Translations under genes and position numbers: made by a program
Shown: piece by piece, positions 1 to 9,547 of the stretch
Position numbering within the stretch: position 1 is the stretch's first letter
How the letters are laid out: every line of letters starts with the position of its first letter
Assembly (NCBI GenBank): GCA_012840125.1
Contig: DULZ01000004.1
Span: 29,036 to 93,035, forward strand
Length of the DNA stretch: 64,000 nt
Direction of reading: 5' to 3'
Source of the DNA: Clostridia bacterium
GTDB lineage: Bacteria > Bacillota > DULZ01
The notes under the pieces: model-generated
The model's database searches: none
What the model saw: the letters and a program-made list of their open reading frames with translations, nothing else
What the model was told of the DNA's origin: nothing

Positions 1-714
1 TGCCTGCTGCTTCCCCTGTACCCGGCCGTTAACCACGCGACCGATGGCTTTCCGCCCCAGGTAAGGATCATGATCTACAATGGCAACCCCTATTTGCAGA
101 GGAGCAGCCGGATCTCCTTCCGGAGCCGGAATATGGGCAATGATGGTTTCAAAAAGCGGCTGCAAGTCCACCGGCGGTACCGCCGGGTCCAGGGTCGCCA
201 GGCCGGACTTAGCAACGGTGTAAACCACCGGGAAGTCCAACTGCTCATCATCCGCCGAGAGATCGATAAACAAGTCCAGCACCTCATCCAGCACCTGGGC
301 GGGCCGAGCATTGGGCCGGTCAATTTTGTTGATGACGACAATAGGCTTCAACTTAGCCTCTAAAGCCTTGCGCAGCACAAAACGAGTCTGGGGCATGGGA
401 CCTTCAAAAGCGTCCACCAGCAGCAGGACCCCGTCTACCATGTGCACGATCCGTTCCACTTCCCCGCCGAAATCGGCATGGCCGGGAGTATCTACGATAT
501 TTAATTTATAGCCCTGATAAGAAATGGAAGTGCATTTGGCCAAAATGGTAATGCCGCGCTCTTTTTCCAATTCGTTCCGGTCTAAGACGCGGTCCTCCAC
601 CACTTGTTTTGCGTGAAAAAGACCGCTTTGCTGCAGCATGGCATTGACCAGAGTGGTTTTGCCGTGATCTACGTGGGCGATAATCCCAAAATTGCGAATC
701 TGTGTCTGTTTCAT
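1..714 (-). CDS. typA: GTP-binding protein TypA/BipA, N-terminal GTPase portion; the 3' end of the gene runs off the window edge
   Basis: Minus-strand translation from the ATG at 714: [31 protein letters not shown]...[16 protein letters not shown]...[17 protein letters not shown]...VVINKIDRP. These are the G1-G4 motifs in a TypA-like arrangement. Not in the ORF track because the gene is truncated at position 1. Confidence 0.8.
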   Translation of the reverse strand, partial: MKQTQIRNFGIIAHVDHGKTTLVNAMLQQSGLFHAKQVVEDRVLDRNELEKERGITILAKCTSISYQGYKLNIVDTPGHADFGGEVERIVHMVDGVLLLVDAFEGPMPQTRFVLRKALEAKLKPIVVINKIDRPNARPAQVLDEVLDLFIDLSADDEQLDFPVVYTVAKSGLATLDPAVPPVDLQPLFETIIAHIPAPEGDPAAPLQIGVAIVDHDPYLGRKAIGRVVNGRVQGKQQA

Positions 715-966
715 CCTATCCCTTCTTCGCCTCAAAACTCCTTTAATATTGTAACGGGTCATACCCTGTCATGCAAAGACAAGCTACCGGCCCAGGATTT
801 CTTTGAGCGTAGCCCCATCCACCGCCTCCCGCTCTACTTGGGCCGGCCGGTCATAATTCTTTTCCGCCGCTATGAATCCAAGTCGTTAGGTTCTAACGGG
901 CGCGGGTTCCTTTTTGACCGCAAGTAAACGGTTCGGGCACCCGGCACCGGTCTGCCTCCTTCCTGT

Positions 967-2361
967 TCAAGACCCTTGTCTTAAGCGCCGGTATTGCCGG
1001 CAGCCGTTGACAAAGCCGGCGGCCGCTTTAGGGTTAGACCTCCAATGAAGGTGCACAAAGGAGGCCACCATGTTCCGGTCCACGTAACCCTCAATCCTTT
1101 CCGCAGGTGCCTTACCCCCGGCGAGCACATAGGCCGCCTTTTCCTCAGGCAACCCGGTCATGACCGAATAGTGAAACTCGTGCCCTTTCAGGCGATCGCC
1201 CCGGTCCGCCAGCAGGCTGGGCCGCAAGGCGGTGGCTTGTACATAGCCGAGAGCCGCCGGTCGCCGGACCATGCGGGCCTCGCCGGGTACCAGGCCCACT
1301 CCTTCCCACCTGTCGCCTTGAAAATCCACGATCCTTTCCGCCAGGTACATCAAGCCGCCGCATTCCGCCACCACGGGCATCCCCCCGTGAAAAGCCTGCC
1401 GGATGGCCTCTTTCATGGCTTTGTTTCCCGCCAGTTCTTCCAGGAACATTTCCGGAAAGCCGCCGCCCAGGTACAGGCCGTCCACCGGCGGCAAGGCCCG
1501 GTCCCGCAGGGGACTGATAAAGACCAGGGAGGCTCCCAATTCCTCAAGGTAATCCAAACTGTCCTGGTAATAAAAACTGAAAGCCTCGTCCCTGGCTACA
1601 CCGATGACCACCGTCCCCCCACCGGTGGCCCGCCCGGCACTGCTTACCTGGTAACCGGAGGCTAGGTCCGGCGCCCCGGCGGCCACCTCCAGTACTCCCG
1701 CCAGGTCGACTTCCGCTTCCACCAGGTCTGCCATTTGCTCGAGAACCGTTCTTAACTGCCGGTTCTCCTCTGCCGGCAATAAGCCCAGGTGCCGTTCCGG
1801 CATGGCTATCTGCTGCTCTTTGGGTACACAGCCTAACACCGTCAGTCCCAGTTCCTGTTCAATGGCGGCTTTGATTTCTTTTCGATAATAATCACCACCG
1901 GCGTTATTCAAGATCACACCTTTCAGCTTCAAATGCGGCTCATATTCTTGAAAACCCTTGATGAGAGGCAGGCAACTCCGGCCCATGCCTTTGACATTGA
2001 CTACCAGGATCACCGGCATGTCCAGGATTAAAGCAATGTCGGCACTGCTGCCCTTGAGCCTCTCTCCCTTGGCACCGTCAAAGAGACCCATTACCCCTTC
2101 CACTAAACACAAATCAACCCCTTGGGCATGCTTGACAAAAATCTGTTTTATGACCTGCTCGTCACTCATCCAACTGTCCAGGTTATGAGATCTCCTCCCG
2201 GCAGCATGGTAGTGCAGGCCGGGGTCAATGTAGTCAGGGCCGACTTTATATGGCTGTACTTCTAGCCCCCGCCTCCGCAAAGCAGCCAGTATCCCCAAGG
2301 TCAGCGTAGTCTTCCCTACCCCGCTTTGCACACCGCCAATCAGGACCCGGTTGACTTTCAT
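967..2361 (-). CDS. cbiA: cobyrinate a,c-diamide synthase (CbiA/CobB family)
   Basis: VQSGVGKTTLTLGILAALRRRG...PYKVGPDYIDP, followed by a C-terminal glutamine amidotransferase-like domain. The internal start MKVNR at 2361 is preferred, with GGAGG 7 nt upstream. Confidence 0.8.
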   Translation of the reverse strand: MKVNRVLIGGVQSGVGKTTLTLGILAALRRRGLEVQPYKVGPDYIDPGLHYHAAGRRSHNLDSWMSDEQVIKQIFVKHAQGVDLCLVEGVMGLFDGAKGERLKGSSADIALILDMPVILVVNVKGMGRSCLPLIKGFQEYEPHLKLKGVILNNAGGDYYRKEIKAAIEQELGLTVLGCVPKEQQIAMPERHLGLLPAEENRQLRTVLEQMADLVEAEVDLAGVLEVAAGAPDLASGYQVSSAGRATGGGTVVIGVARDEAFSFYYQDSLDYLEELGASLVFISPLRDRALPPVDGLYLGGGFPEMFLEELAGNKAMKEAIRQAFHGGMPVVAECGGLMYLAERIVDFQGDRWEGVGLVPGEARMVRRPAALGYVQATALRPSLLADRGDRLKGHEFHYSVMTGLPEEKAAYVLAGGKAPAERIEGYVDRNMVASFVHLHWRSNPKAAAGFVNGCRQYRRLRQGS

Positions 2362-2388
2362 GCCATCGCCTCCAACCTTCTTAAACGT

Positions 2389-2600
2389 AAAAAAGCTTCT
2401 GACCTTCGAGTCCAGAAGCAAGACTCATCTTCCACAGCAGGAAGGTGAATTTAACACGGGCGGGCCGCTTCCCGGATTTCATGTCACTCTTATCCTTTCC
2501 ATTCCCGGTGACTCCATCACCGCCCGTGGCGGCGGGATAGCGCCGGCTTCCAACACCCAGTAAACACCCACGCTTCCATTTTTTAAGCAAGAGTTATTGT
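2389..2600 (-). promoter_or_regulatory. putative cobalamin (AdoCbl) riboswitch with intrinsic terminator in the cbiA leader
   Basis: Minus-strand leader contains GGGAAUGG...GUGACAUGAAAUCC...GGAAGCGGCCCGCCCGUGU, resembling the B12-element core GGGAA..GGUGaaAAUCC..gcGGuCCCGCCACUGU. The hairpin CUUCUG-N11-CAGAAG plus UUUUUU (~2389-2418) sits just before the cbiA RBS. Confidence 0.45.
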
Positions 2601-2829
2601 ACACCAATCTTAACCTGAACACAAGCCGGCCCGTAGCCGGACGCAGTATGGTGCCCCGGCAAGTTTGCGGCCTGTCCGTCACCGGTATGGCAGTGTAATC
2701 CCTGTAACCAATCGGGAGTGGGAATAGACCGCCCCATTATTGCCTTATTCTACCAACGGGCATCCCGTCACTGAACTTTTTGATTCCGAATAGATTGAAT
2801 CAGCAACCCATCACAGTCGTCCAAAGGAG

Positions 2830-3699
2830 TTGGAACCCATGAACTGCTGGCACGACCTGCTGGAAATACCCATGCCGGGAAGACTGCCGAAGCCCCGCCA
2901 CACTGGATTAACCATGGTCATCGACAAGGGACTTGGTTTAACGGAGCTGCAGGAACTGCTGGACAGCGCTTCCGGCTACATAGACATGATTAAACTGGGC
3001 TTTGGTACTTCCCTCCTGTACCCGGACAGGGTCTTAAGGGATAAAATTGCCGCCATTAGACAAGCCGGCATTTTGGTTTTTCCGGGGGGAACCTTTTTTG
3101 AAATCGCCTATTTGCAGAAAAAAGCAGCCAACTATTGCCGCCTGCTGGTCAAGTACGGCTTTACAGCCATTGAGATTTCCGACGGCACTATCGAACTGCC
3201 TCCTGCCGAAAGGCGGAAAGCCATCAAAATAGCCAAAGAAGCGGGTTTGGAAGTGATCACTGAAATTGGCAAGAAGGATCCACGGGATAAAGTTAGCATG
3301 TCTTTTCTCCGGGAACAGCTGGAGGAGGACCTGGCAGCAGGAGCTTATAAAGTCATTGTCGAAGGAAGAGAATCCGGAAAAGGAGTTATGCTCTACGACC
3401 AACAGGGGGAACTGAAACAGGAAGAACTGGAAACGCTGCTGAAAAACCGTATTTCCCCGGATCACATCATCTGGGAGGCCCCTTTGAAAAACCAGCAGCA
3501 AAGACTGATCAGCCTTTTCGGCTGCAACGTCAATTTGGGTAATATCGCCCCGCAGGAGACCCTGGCTTTGGAAGCTTTGAGATTGGGCCTCAGAGGCGAT
3601 ACCCTGCGAAGTCTCCTGCAACGGCAAAAGAGCGTGATTCCTCTATCTTTCCCATCACAGGAAGAAAAATACAGCATGAGCCAGCTATCCATCCCATAA
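2830..3699 (+). CDS. comA: (2R)-phospho-3-sulfolactate synthase (ComA family)
   Basis: PKPRHTGLTMVIDKGLGL...DMIKLGFGTS... is a ComA/PF02679-like TIM-barrel signature. TTG start with AAAGGAG RBS. Confidence 0.75.
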   Translation: MEPMNCWHDLLEIPMPGRLPKPRHTGLTMVIDKGLGLTELQELLDSASGYIDMIKLGFGTSLLYPDRVLRDKIAAIRQAGILVFPGGTFFEIAYLQKKAANYCRLLVKYGFTAIEISDGTIELPPAERRKAIKIAKEAGLEVITEIGKKDPRDKVSMSFLREQLEEDLAAGAYKVIVEGRESGKGVMLYDQQGELKQEELETLLKNRISPDHIIWEAPLKNQQQRLISLFGCNVNLGNIAPQETLALEALRLGLRGDTLRSLLQRQKSVIPLSFPSQEEKYSMSQLSIP

Positions 3700-3721
3700 A
3701 CACAGAAAGTAGGAATGAAAA

Positions 3722-4474
3722 GTGCCCGGAACAATATCCTTCGTCATGACAGCCCAGTGCTTGGCCTACACGGATACCGCCGTTCATCCCACCGTGGTGG
3801 TCTACGATGTCCTGCGGGCCACCTCCACCATTACCACTGCCCTAGCCCACGGGGCCAAAGAGATCATTCCTGTCTTGGAAGTTGATGAAGCGTTATCCCT
3901 CTATGCCGGCTTAAAAAAAACAACCGGCCAGGTGCTGCTGGGCGGGGAACGCCGGGGTGATCCCATCCCCGGGTTCCACTTGGGGAACTCACCTTTAGAA
4001 TACACGGAAGACAAGGTCCGGGGCAAAACGATTATACTTACTACTACCAACGGTACCCGGGCCTTGCTCCACAGCCGGCGAAAAGGAGCGCAAAAAATTA
4101 TCATTGGCAGCCTCCTCAACCAGCAGCAGGTGGTGCGAGCCCTTTTAAATGAACCGGCGATAACCGTCGTCTGTGCCGGGGTCAACGGAGCCTTCGCTTT
4201 GGAAGATTTTTTCGCCGCAGGCTTGATGCTCCTGGAGCTAATTGCCCTACAACCTGACTATGCCTTGGACGACGGTGCCCTGGCGGCCCTCCACGCCGCC
4301 CGGGGGGCCGGGGAGGGCCCCGCCGTGATTGCTGCCAGTACCGCCGCCCAACGGCTCAAAAACCAAAACAGGTGGAAGGATGTAGAGTTTTGCACCACCC
4401 CCAACCTGTTCCCCGTCCTGCCGGTATTTCACAACCACCGGGTGGTGCTGGACAGCGCATTTTGCTCCAGATAG
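3722..4474 (+). CDS. comB: 2-phosphosulfolactate phosphatase (ComB family)
   Basis: VVYDVLRATSTITTALAHGAKEI...ERRGDPIPGFHLGNSP is ComB/PF04029-like. Lies immediately downstream of comA. The start coordinate may be off by 1 nt (GTG). Confidence 0.7.
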   Translation: MPGTISFVMTAQCLAYTDTAVHPTVVVYDVLRATSTITTALAHGAKEIIPVLEVDEALSLYAGLKKTTGQVLLGGERRGDPIPGFHLGNSPLEYTEDKVRGKTIILTTTNGTRALLHSRRKGAQKIIIGSLLNQQQVVRALLNEPAITVVCAGVNGAFALEDFFAAGLMLLELIALQPDYALDDGALAALHAARGAGEGPAVIAASTAAQRLKNQNRWKDVEFCTTPNLFPVLPVFHNHRVVLDSAFCSR

Positions 4475-5163
4475 TTGATGATCCCCCTGGACAGCGCTTC
4501 AGCCAGCTGCTGCCTGAAGCCCGGTTCCATGAGCTTCTGCCGGTCCTCCTGGTTGGACAAAAACCCTAATTCCACGATGACGGTCGGAATACGGGAAGTC
4601 CTCAGCAGGAAAAGGTTTTCCCTGGGCAAAGGACGATTGTCATTGAGCAATTGCACCTTGTTCAGCTCCCCAAGCAGGGCAGCGGCCAGTTGTTTCCCTG
4701 CTTCCGACCCTTTCTGGTAAAACACTACCGCTCCTCTCTGGCTGCTGTCCTCGATGGTGTTACAGTGAACGCTGACGGCTACTTGCCCTTGATTGATCAC
4801 CCGAACCCTGGCCTGCAGGTCTCGCCGGTGCCTGCCCGGCGCTAGTTCCCCACCCAGGTCCACATCCGCATCCCTGGTTAACACTACACTGTAACCCTGT
4901 TCCTCCAAGTAGTGACTCATCCGCTGCACCACATCCAATACAATGTCCTTTTCCTTCACTTCCCCCGACAAGGCGCCCGGGTCCACGCCGCCATGACCCG
5001 GGTCCAAGATGACCTGGGCCCCGGTGGCCAACACCTTTCTCTCCTCCCGGTACATTATCCAGTAATCCAAAGCCATGATCCCAAGAACAATGTGTAATAT
5101 TAAAAGCCCGCTCAAGAACAAGTACCGCTTTGGCACAAAAACTGCCATGGTAAACCGGCCCAA
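4429..5163 (-). CDS. N-acetylmuramoyl-L-alanine amidase (Amidase_3, CwlD-like) with N-terminal membrane anchor
   Basis: ILDPGHGGVDPGA...VVLTRDAD...SVHCN...IVELGFLSN are amidase_3 motifs. TTG start with GGAGGGAGGGTG RBS. The 3' end overlaps comB by 46 nt in convergent orientation. Confidence 0.7.
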   Translation of the reverse strand: MGRFTMAVFVPKRYLFLSGLLILHIVLGIMALDYWIMYREERKVLATGAQVILDPGHGGVDPGALSGEVKEKDIVLDVVQRMSHYLEEQGYSVVLTRDADVDLGGELAPGRHRRDLQARVRVINQGQVAVSVHCNTIEDSSQRGAVVFYQKGSEAGKQLAAALLGELNKVQLLNDNRPLPRENLFLLRTSRIPTVIVELGFLSNQEDRQKLMEPGFRQQLAEALSRGIINYLEQNALSSTTRWL

Positions 5164-5325
5164 GTCGACACCCTCCCTCCAAAATCTTCCGCTAACTATC
5201 TTATGACTGGCGGATATGATACATGCCTCCCGGGAGGAAAATCTCTGACCGGGCCTCTAGCACTACTCCCGTGTACCTGCATATGCTATCATCAGAAGTT
5301 CCTTGCGCAAAGGAGGTGCTTTTTC

Positions 5326-5991
5326 ATGCCCTATGTCATTGTCCAGCCCGGCGATACATTGCGGGAGCTCAGCCAGCAATATCACGTTTCTTACTTAAGG
5401 CTTTTGGCCGCTAATCCCCAGATCCAAAACCCGGATAGGATTTATCCCGGCCAGGTGATCATTTTGCCCACCCCTCACCAGCGGACACCGGCAGCCGAGG
5501 TACAGAGGGTGGTTCGTCCCGGGGATACCATGTTCTTCATTGCCAGGGAGTTTGGCGTGCCGCTGGAACACTTGATCTCCTTAAACCGCTTCGTCAAGGA
5601 TCCAAACCTGATTTACCCCGGCATGATCCTGACGATCCGGAGAGGCAGGCACTGCCCGTCACAAATCGTGGATTTCGTCAACCGCTTTATGCAGCGTAAA
5701 GCTCAAGGCCAACCCTATGACCACCGGGAGTTTCTAACGGTGGAAGCAGAGCAGCAGTTGGATAAGCGATTAATCATGGGTATACCTGACCCGGCCAATG
5801 CGGAATACGATTTCCTATCCTGTTACCAGAGAGCGAACAATGAATATGTGGCTCTAGTGGCCCTCTACCGGAGAAGGAGGGGCTTCCCCAGCGTTTTCGA
5901 CATCGTCGTAGAGCAAATCATTGTGAGGGTGGTGGACGGGCGACCCAGAGTGGCCAACGTCAACGTCCAGGTGGTGCTGCAGGTAAGTTAA
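5326..5991 (+). CDS. LysM peptidoglycan-binding protein (two LysM repeats plus unknown C-terminal domain)
   Basis: YVIVQPGDTLRELSQQY...YPGQVIILP and VVRPGDTMFFIAREFGV...YPGMILTI are LysM repeats. ATG at 5326 is preceded by AGGAGGTG with a 7-nt spacer. The upstream in-frame extension from the ORF track is unlikely. Confidence 0.7.
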   Translation: MPYVIVQPGDTLRELSQQYHVSYLRLLAANPQIQNPDRIYPGQVIILPTPHQRTPAAEVQRVVRPGDTMFFIAREFGVPLEHLISLNRFVKDPNLIYPGMILTIRRGRHCPSQIVDFVNRFMQRKAQGQPYDHREFLTVEAEQQLDKRLIMGIPDPANAEYDFLSCYQRANNEYVALVALYRRRRGFPSVFDIVVEQIIVRVVDGRPRVANVNVQVVLQVS

Positions 5992-5999
5992 TCAAAAAA

Positions 6000-6032
6000 A
6001 GCCTCCTACCTTTCATGCCGGTAGGAGGCTTA
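6000..6032. terminator. bidirectional rho-independent terminator between convergent genes
   Basis: AAAAAAAGCCTCCTACC-tttcatgcc-GGTAGGAGGCTTAT: an 11-bp perfect stem flanked by an A-run on one side and T-rich sequence on the other. Confidence 0.6.
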
Positions 6033-6045
6033 TACTTAACCTGGG

Positions 6046-7452
6046 CTAGTTTCTTCGAAAATAGTTAATCCCGGTGCGCTTGCCGGCTTTTTCCACCATC
6101 TTGGCTGAGATCCGGTTCGCGTTGGCGACAATGAATTCCTCATCAAAAGCTACTAACCTGCCGTTACGCACCACGATTTTCCCGTTTACAATCGTAGTGT
6201 CGACCACTTGGCTGTCGCCGCAAGTCACAATGGCCGCCACCGGGTCGTGCTGCGCCCCGGCAAAGGCCAGGTCATTAAAGTTTATCAGGACCAGGTCGGC
6301 AGCCATACCGGGGGCCAGGTAGCCGACGTCGCTGCGCCCCAGCACGGCCGCTCCACCGCGGCAGGCCATCCGCAGTGTTTCCTCTGCACTCAAACCTTCT
6401 TGTCCCAGCGTGAGTTTCTGCAGCAGGTAAGCTGTTTTGAGCTCAGCCCACATATTAGAAGAATCGTTACTGGCACTGCCATCCACCGCCAGGCCGACCC
6501 GGGCTCCGGCATCGATGAGCTCTTTAACCCTGGCAATACCGGAGGAAAGCTTCAGGTTGGAAACCGGGCAGTGGGCCACACCGGAACGGGTTCTCCCCAT
6601 TTCCCGGATTTCTTCGTCATTTAAGTGAATGGAATGGGCAAACCAGATGTCTTCCCCGTACCAGTCCAGAGACTTCATATACTCAAAGGGCCTCATCCCA
6701 AACCGCTCCAGGCAGAATCTTTCCTCGTCTTTCGTCTCCGCCAGGTGGGTATGGCACAGCACACCGTGTTTTCTCGCCAAAACCACAGTTTCTCTCATCA
6801 ACTTTTCCGTCACGGAAAAAGGCGAACAAGGAGCCAGCGCAATGCGGCACATGGAGTAGGGGCTTGGATCGTGATATGTTTTGATCAGGCGCTCACTGTC
6901 CGCCAGGATCTCTTCTTCCCTTTGCACCACATCGTCAGGCGGCAGTCCTCCATCTTTCTTGCTCAGGGACATGCTGCCCCTGGTGGGGTGAAAACGCATG
7001 CCGATGGCTTGGGCCGCTTTGATCTGGACATCAATGAGATTGGCACCTTTTCCTTTTGGGAAAACGTAATGGTGGTCCGTCGTCGTGGTACAGCCGGTTT
7101 TAAGCAGTTCCCCTAAAGCAACCAAAGTGCCGAAATAAACGGCTTCTTCATCCAGTTCCCGCCAGATTTCATAGAGTTTTATCAACCAGTCAAACAGCTC
7201 GATTTCCTGTGTAGCCGGGATACTGCGGGTCAGGGTTTGGTAAAAATGGTGATGGGTATTCACCATCCCGGGGATCACCACTTTGCCCCTGGCGTCGAGG
7301 ACCCGGGTATCGTGATCCGCCGGGAGGTTTAGTCCAATCTCTTTGATGGCATTGCCCTCAATTAGAATATCAGCATTCGCATATCTTGTCCCATGGTCAT
7401 CCAGCGTGATCACCCAGTCTGCATTCTTGATGAGCAGTTTACTCATGGACAT
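6046..7452 (-). CDS. metal-dependent amidohydrolase of the cytosine/guanine deaminase superfamily (8-oxoguanine deaminase / SsnA-like)
   Basis: MSMSKLLIKNADWVITLDD...GKVVIPGMVNTHHHFYQTL...HLAE...GLAVDGSASND match the COG0402 chlorohydrolase/aminohydrolase pattern. Start taken as MSMSK (7452) because the longer ORF would read through the upstream terminator. Confidence 0.65.
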   Translation of the reverse strand: MSMSKLLIKNADWVITLDDHGTRYANADILIEGNAIKEIGLNLPADHDTRVLDARGKVVIPGMVNTHHHFYQTLTRSIPATQEIELFDWLIKLYEIWRELDEEAVYFGTLVALGELLKTGCTTTTDHHYVFPKGKGANLIDVQIKAAQAIGMRFHPTRGSMSLSKKDGGLPPDDVVQREEEILADSERLIKTYHDPSPYSMCRIALAPCSPFSVTEKLMRETVVLARKHGVLCHTHLAETKDEERFCLERFGMRPFEYMKSLDWYGEDIWFAHSIHLNDEEIREMGRTRSGVAHCPVSNLKLSSGIARVKELIDAGARVGLAVDGSASNDSSNMWAELKTAYLLQKLTLGQEGLSAEETLRMACRGGAAVLGRSDVGYLAPGMAADLVLINFNDLAFAGAQHDPVAAIVTCGDSQVVDTTIVNGKIVVRNGRLVAFDEEFIVANANRISAKMVEKAGKRTGINYFRRN

Positions 7453-7523
7453 GCCCCCATTCTTGACTGTGTCTTTATAGTTTAAGCATACCATAAATGT
7501 GTATTTTTTAGTATGACTTAAAT

Positions 7524-7549
7524 AAAAAAACACCTGCCGCAGCAGGTGT
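7524..7549 (-). terminator. leader hairpin plus U-run (attenuator/expression platform) ~75 nt upstream of the amidohydrolase start
   Basis: Minus strand CACCUGCUGCGGCAGGUG followed by UUUUUUUAUUU. It sits between a ~300-nt GC-rich untranslated segment and the gene. Confidence 0.5.
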
Positions 7550-7848
7550 CAACTGGCTGGCAAACTGCCCTGTCAGCAGCCGCGCTAAGGGCCGGCCGCC
7601 AGGAACCCTGTTTGGAGATGAGCTCAATAGCGGTGGTTAGACTTCAGCCGTCATCCGCCGGTGGTACATGGCATCCTTTCTGCCTGTGCCTAAACGCGAC
7701 GGAAGTACAACCAGACGCCCGGCACCTGATGACCGGTCGTGGTGCGGGGAGCCCTGACTCTTTTGCTTCTTGCTCCCAAGCCCTGCGATGAACACCGGAC
7801 CTGGATACCACAACAGGCTTGTAACGTCCTCCACATCCTGTGGATCCA

Positions 7849-9468
7849 TTACATGGGTTTCGTCAAGTGATGGCGCAGCTGTTCCCTGAGCTTGCGCTTC
7901 AAAAACTTGCCCACCGGTGTTTTCGGTATTTCTTCCAGGAACACCACCTCATCAGGCAGCCACCAGGCGGGAAATCTCGGGCGAATAAAGTCCAGGATAT
8001 CCTCTTTTGTCACCTTCCCTTTGAACTCATCTTTTAATACTACACAGGCCACGGGTCTTTCCGCCCACTGCTCGCTGGGCATCGCCACCACTACAACTTC
8101 CAACACTGCTTTATGATCGGCGATGGCATGCTCCAGGTCCACAGGAGAAATCCATTCACCGCCGCTCTTGATTAAATCCCTGGTCCGGTCCACGAGTTTG
8201 ATGAAACCTTCCTGATCAATGGTGGCAATATCACCGGTATGGAGCCAACCGCCGGCAAACACATGGCTGCTTTCGTCATCCCGGTAATATGCGCCGGCAA
8301 TCCAGGGGCCCCGCAGGAGTATTTCCCCCATTTCCCGGCCGTCCCAGGCCACCTCACCGTGAGCCCCTTCAATTCTCATTTCCAACCCAGGCACCAAAAT
8401 CCCTTGTTTAGCTTTGAGGGCCAGTTTCTCCTCAAAGCTTAAAGTCTCCTGGTAGCTTTTCAAACGAGCCACGGTCACTAAGGGAGTGGTTTCCGTCATC
8501 CCATAGGCATGATAGAAGGGTATTCCCAGTTGTGCCTCATATCTTTCAATGAGGGCGGGAGGAGCGGGGGAACCGCCGCAAACGATGGCTCTCAGGGAAC
8601 TGGTGTCATACTTACCCTTTTCCAGCAGCGCGTATAAACCCATCCAAACAGTAGGGACACCGGCCGTCACCGTAACTTTTTCCCGGGCGATTAATTCCGC
8701 CAGCACTTCCGGGGTAAAACCGGCACCGGGAAGCACCTGCGTAGCACCGAACCAGGTAGCGGCGTAGGGTAACCCCCAGGCATTCACATGAAACATGGGT
8801 ACCACAGGCATGCAGACGTCGGATTCACTCAGGCCGAAAGTATCGGCCAGACCGACGGCCAAACTGTGGAGCACCAAAGCCCGGTGGGAATACAAAACCC
8901 CCTTCGGGCCGCCGGTGGCGGAAAAGGTATAGCACAGGCCGGCAGGAGCATATTCATCAATGTCCCTGCAAAACGGGAAGCTGGGATCGCCTTCTGAAAG
9001 CAGTGCTTCATAGATATAGAGAGGCTCCAGGGAAGAAGGGGGCACCTCGTCAGTCTCCGACATCACTACATAAGCTTGCACTGTGGACAAATGACCTTTT
9101 ATTTTTTCAAACAAGGGAACCAGTTCTTCATCAATTAACAAGACCTTATCCTGGGCCTGATTAATGGTATCAACAACATGCTCCGGTGCTAACCGGGGAT
9201 TAATGGTATGGATCACCGCCCCGAGACCCGGAATGGCGAAATAGGCTTCCAAGTGCCGGTGATGATTCCAGGCGGCCGTTCCTACCCGGTCGCCGGCTTC
9301 CACGCCCAGTTTGCGCAAGGCACTGCTCAAACGACGAGTTCTTTCCCCGATTTCTCTATAAGTAAGGCGGCGGATGCCGCCGGCTGTCCGCGAAATAACT
9401 TGTTTATGCGGGAAAAACAATTCCGCCCTTTCCAGCATCGTGCTCACGTTAAGGTTAACCCGCATCAT
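7849..9468 (-). CDS. AMP-dependent acyl-CoA synthetase/ligase (fatty-acid-CoA ligase family)
   Basis: The AMP-binding motif region (YTFSATGGPKGVLYSH...YGMTET...GWLHTGD...GGEWISP) is present. ATGATG start at 9468 is preceded by GGAGGGGGAG. Confidence 0.8.
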   Translation of the reverse strand: MMRVNLNVSTMLERAELFFPHKQVISRTAGGIRRLTYREIGERTRRLSSALRKLGVEAGDRVGTAAWNHHRHLEAYFAIPGLGAVIHTINPRLAPEHVVDTINQAQDKVLLIDEELVPLFEKIKGHLSTVQAYVVMSETDEVPPSSLEPLYIYEALLSEGDPSFPFCRDIDEYAPAGLCYTFSATGGPKGVLYSHRALVLHSLAVGLADTFGLSESDVCMPVVPMFHVNAWGLPYAATWFGATQVLPGAGFTPEVLAELIAREKVTVTAGVPTVWMGLYALLEKGKYDTSSLRAIVCGGSPAPPALIERYEAQLGIPFYHAYGMTETTPLVTVARLKSYQETLSFEEKLALKAKQGILVPGLEMRIEGAHGEVAWDGREMGEILLRGPWIAGAYYRDDESSHVFAGGWLHTGDIATIDQEGFIKLVDRTRDLIKSGGEWISPVDLEHAIADHKAVLEVVVVAMPSEQWAERPVACVVLKDEFKGKVTKEDILDFIRPRFPAWWLPDEVVFLEEIPKTPVGKFLKRKLREQLRHHLTKPM

Positions 9469-9547
9469 GTCAGCTCCCCCTCCCGATTTTCCATACTTAT
9501 CAGAATTATAAGTTAACTGCAAGGGGGATGTAAAGCATTTTCGCCCT

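Noticed and set aside
994-1665. 223-aa plus-strand ORF
   Set aside because: Antisense to cbiA, which has clear family motifs. The product is Pro/Gly/His-rich and low-complexity.
7550-7850. Purine, ZTP (pfl), guanidine-I (ykkC), glycine, SAM and cobalamin riboswitch cores, and the ORFs 7546..7791(+) / 7637..7849(-)
   Set aside because: Conserved core sequences for these classes are absent or out of order. The ORFs lack an RBS and have biased, GC-driven composition. The region is reported as an unassigned structured leader instead.
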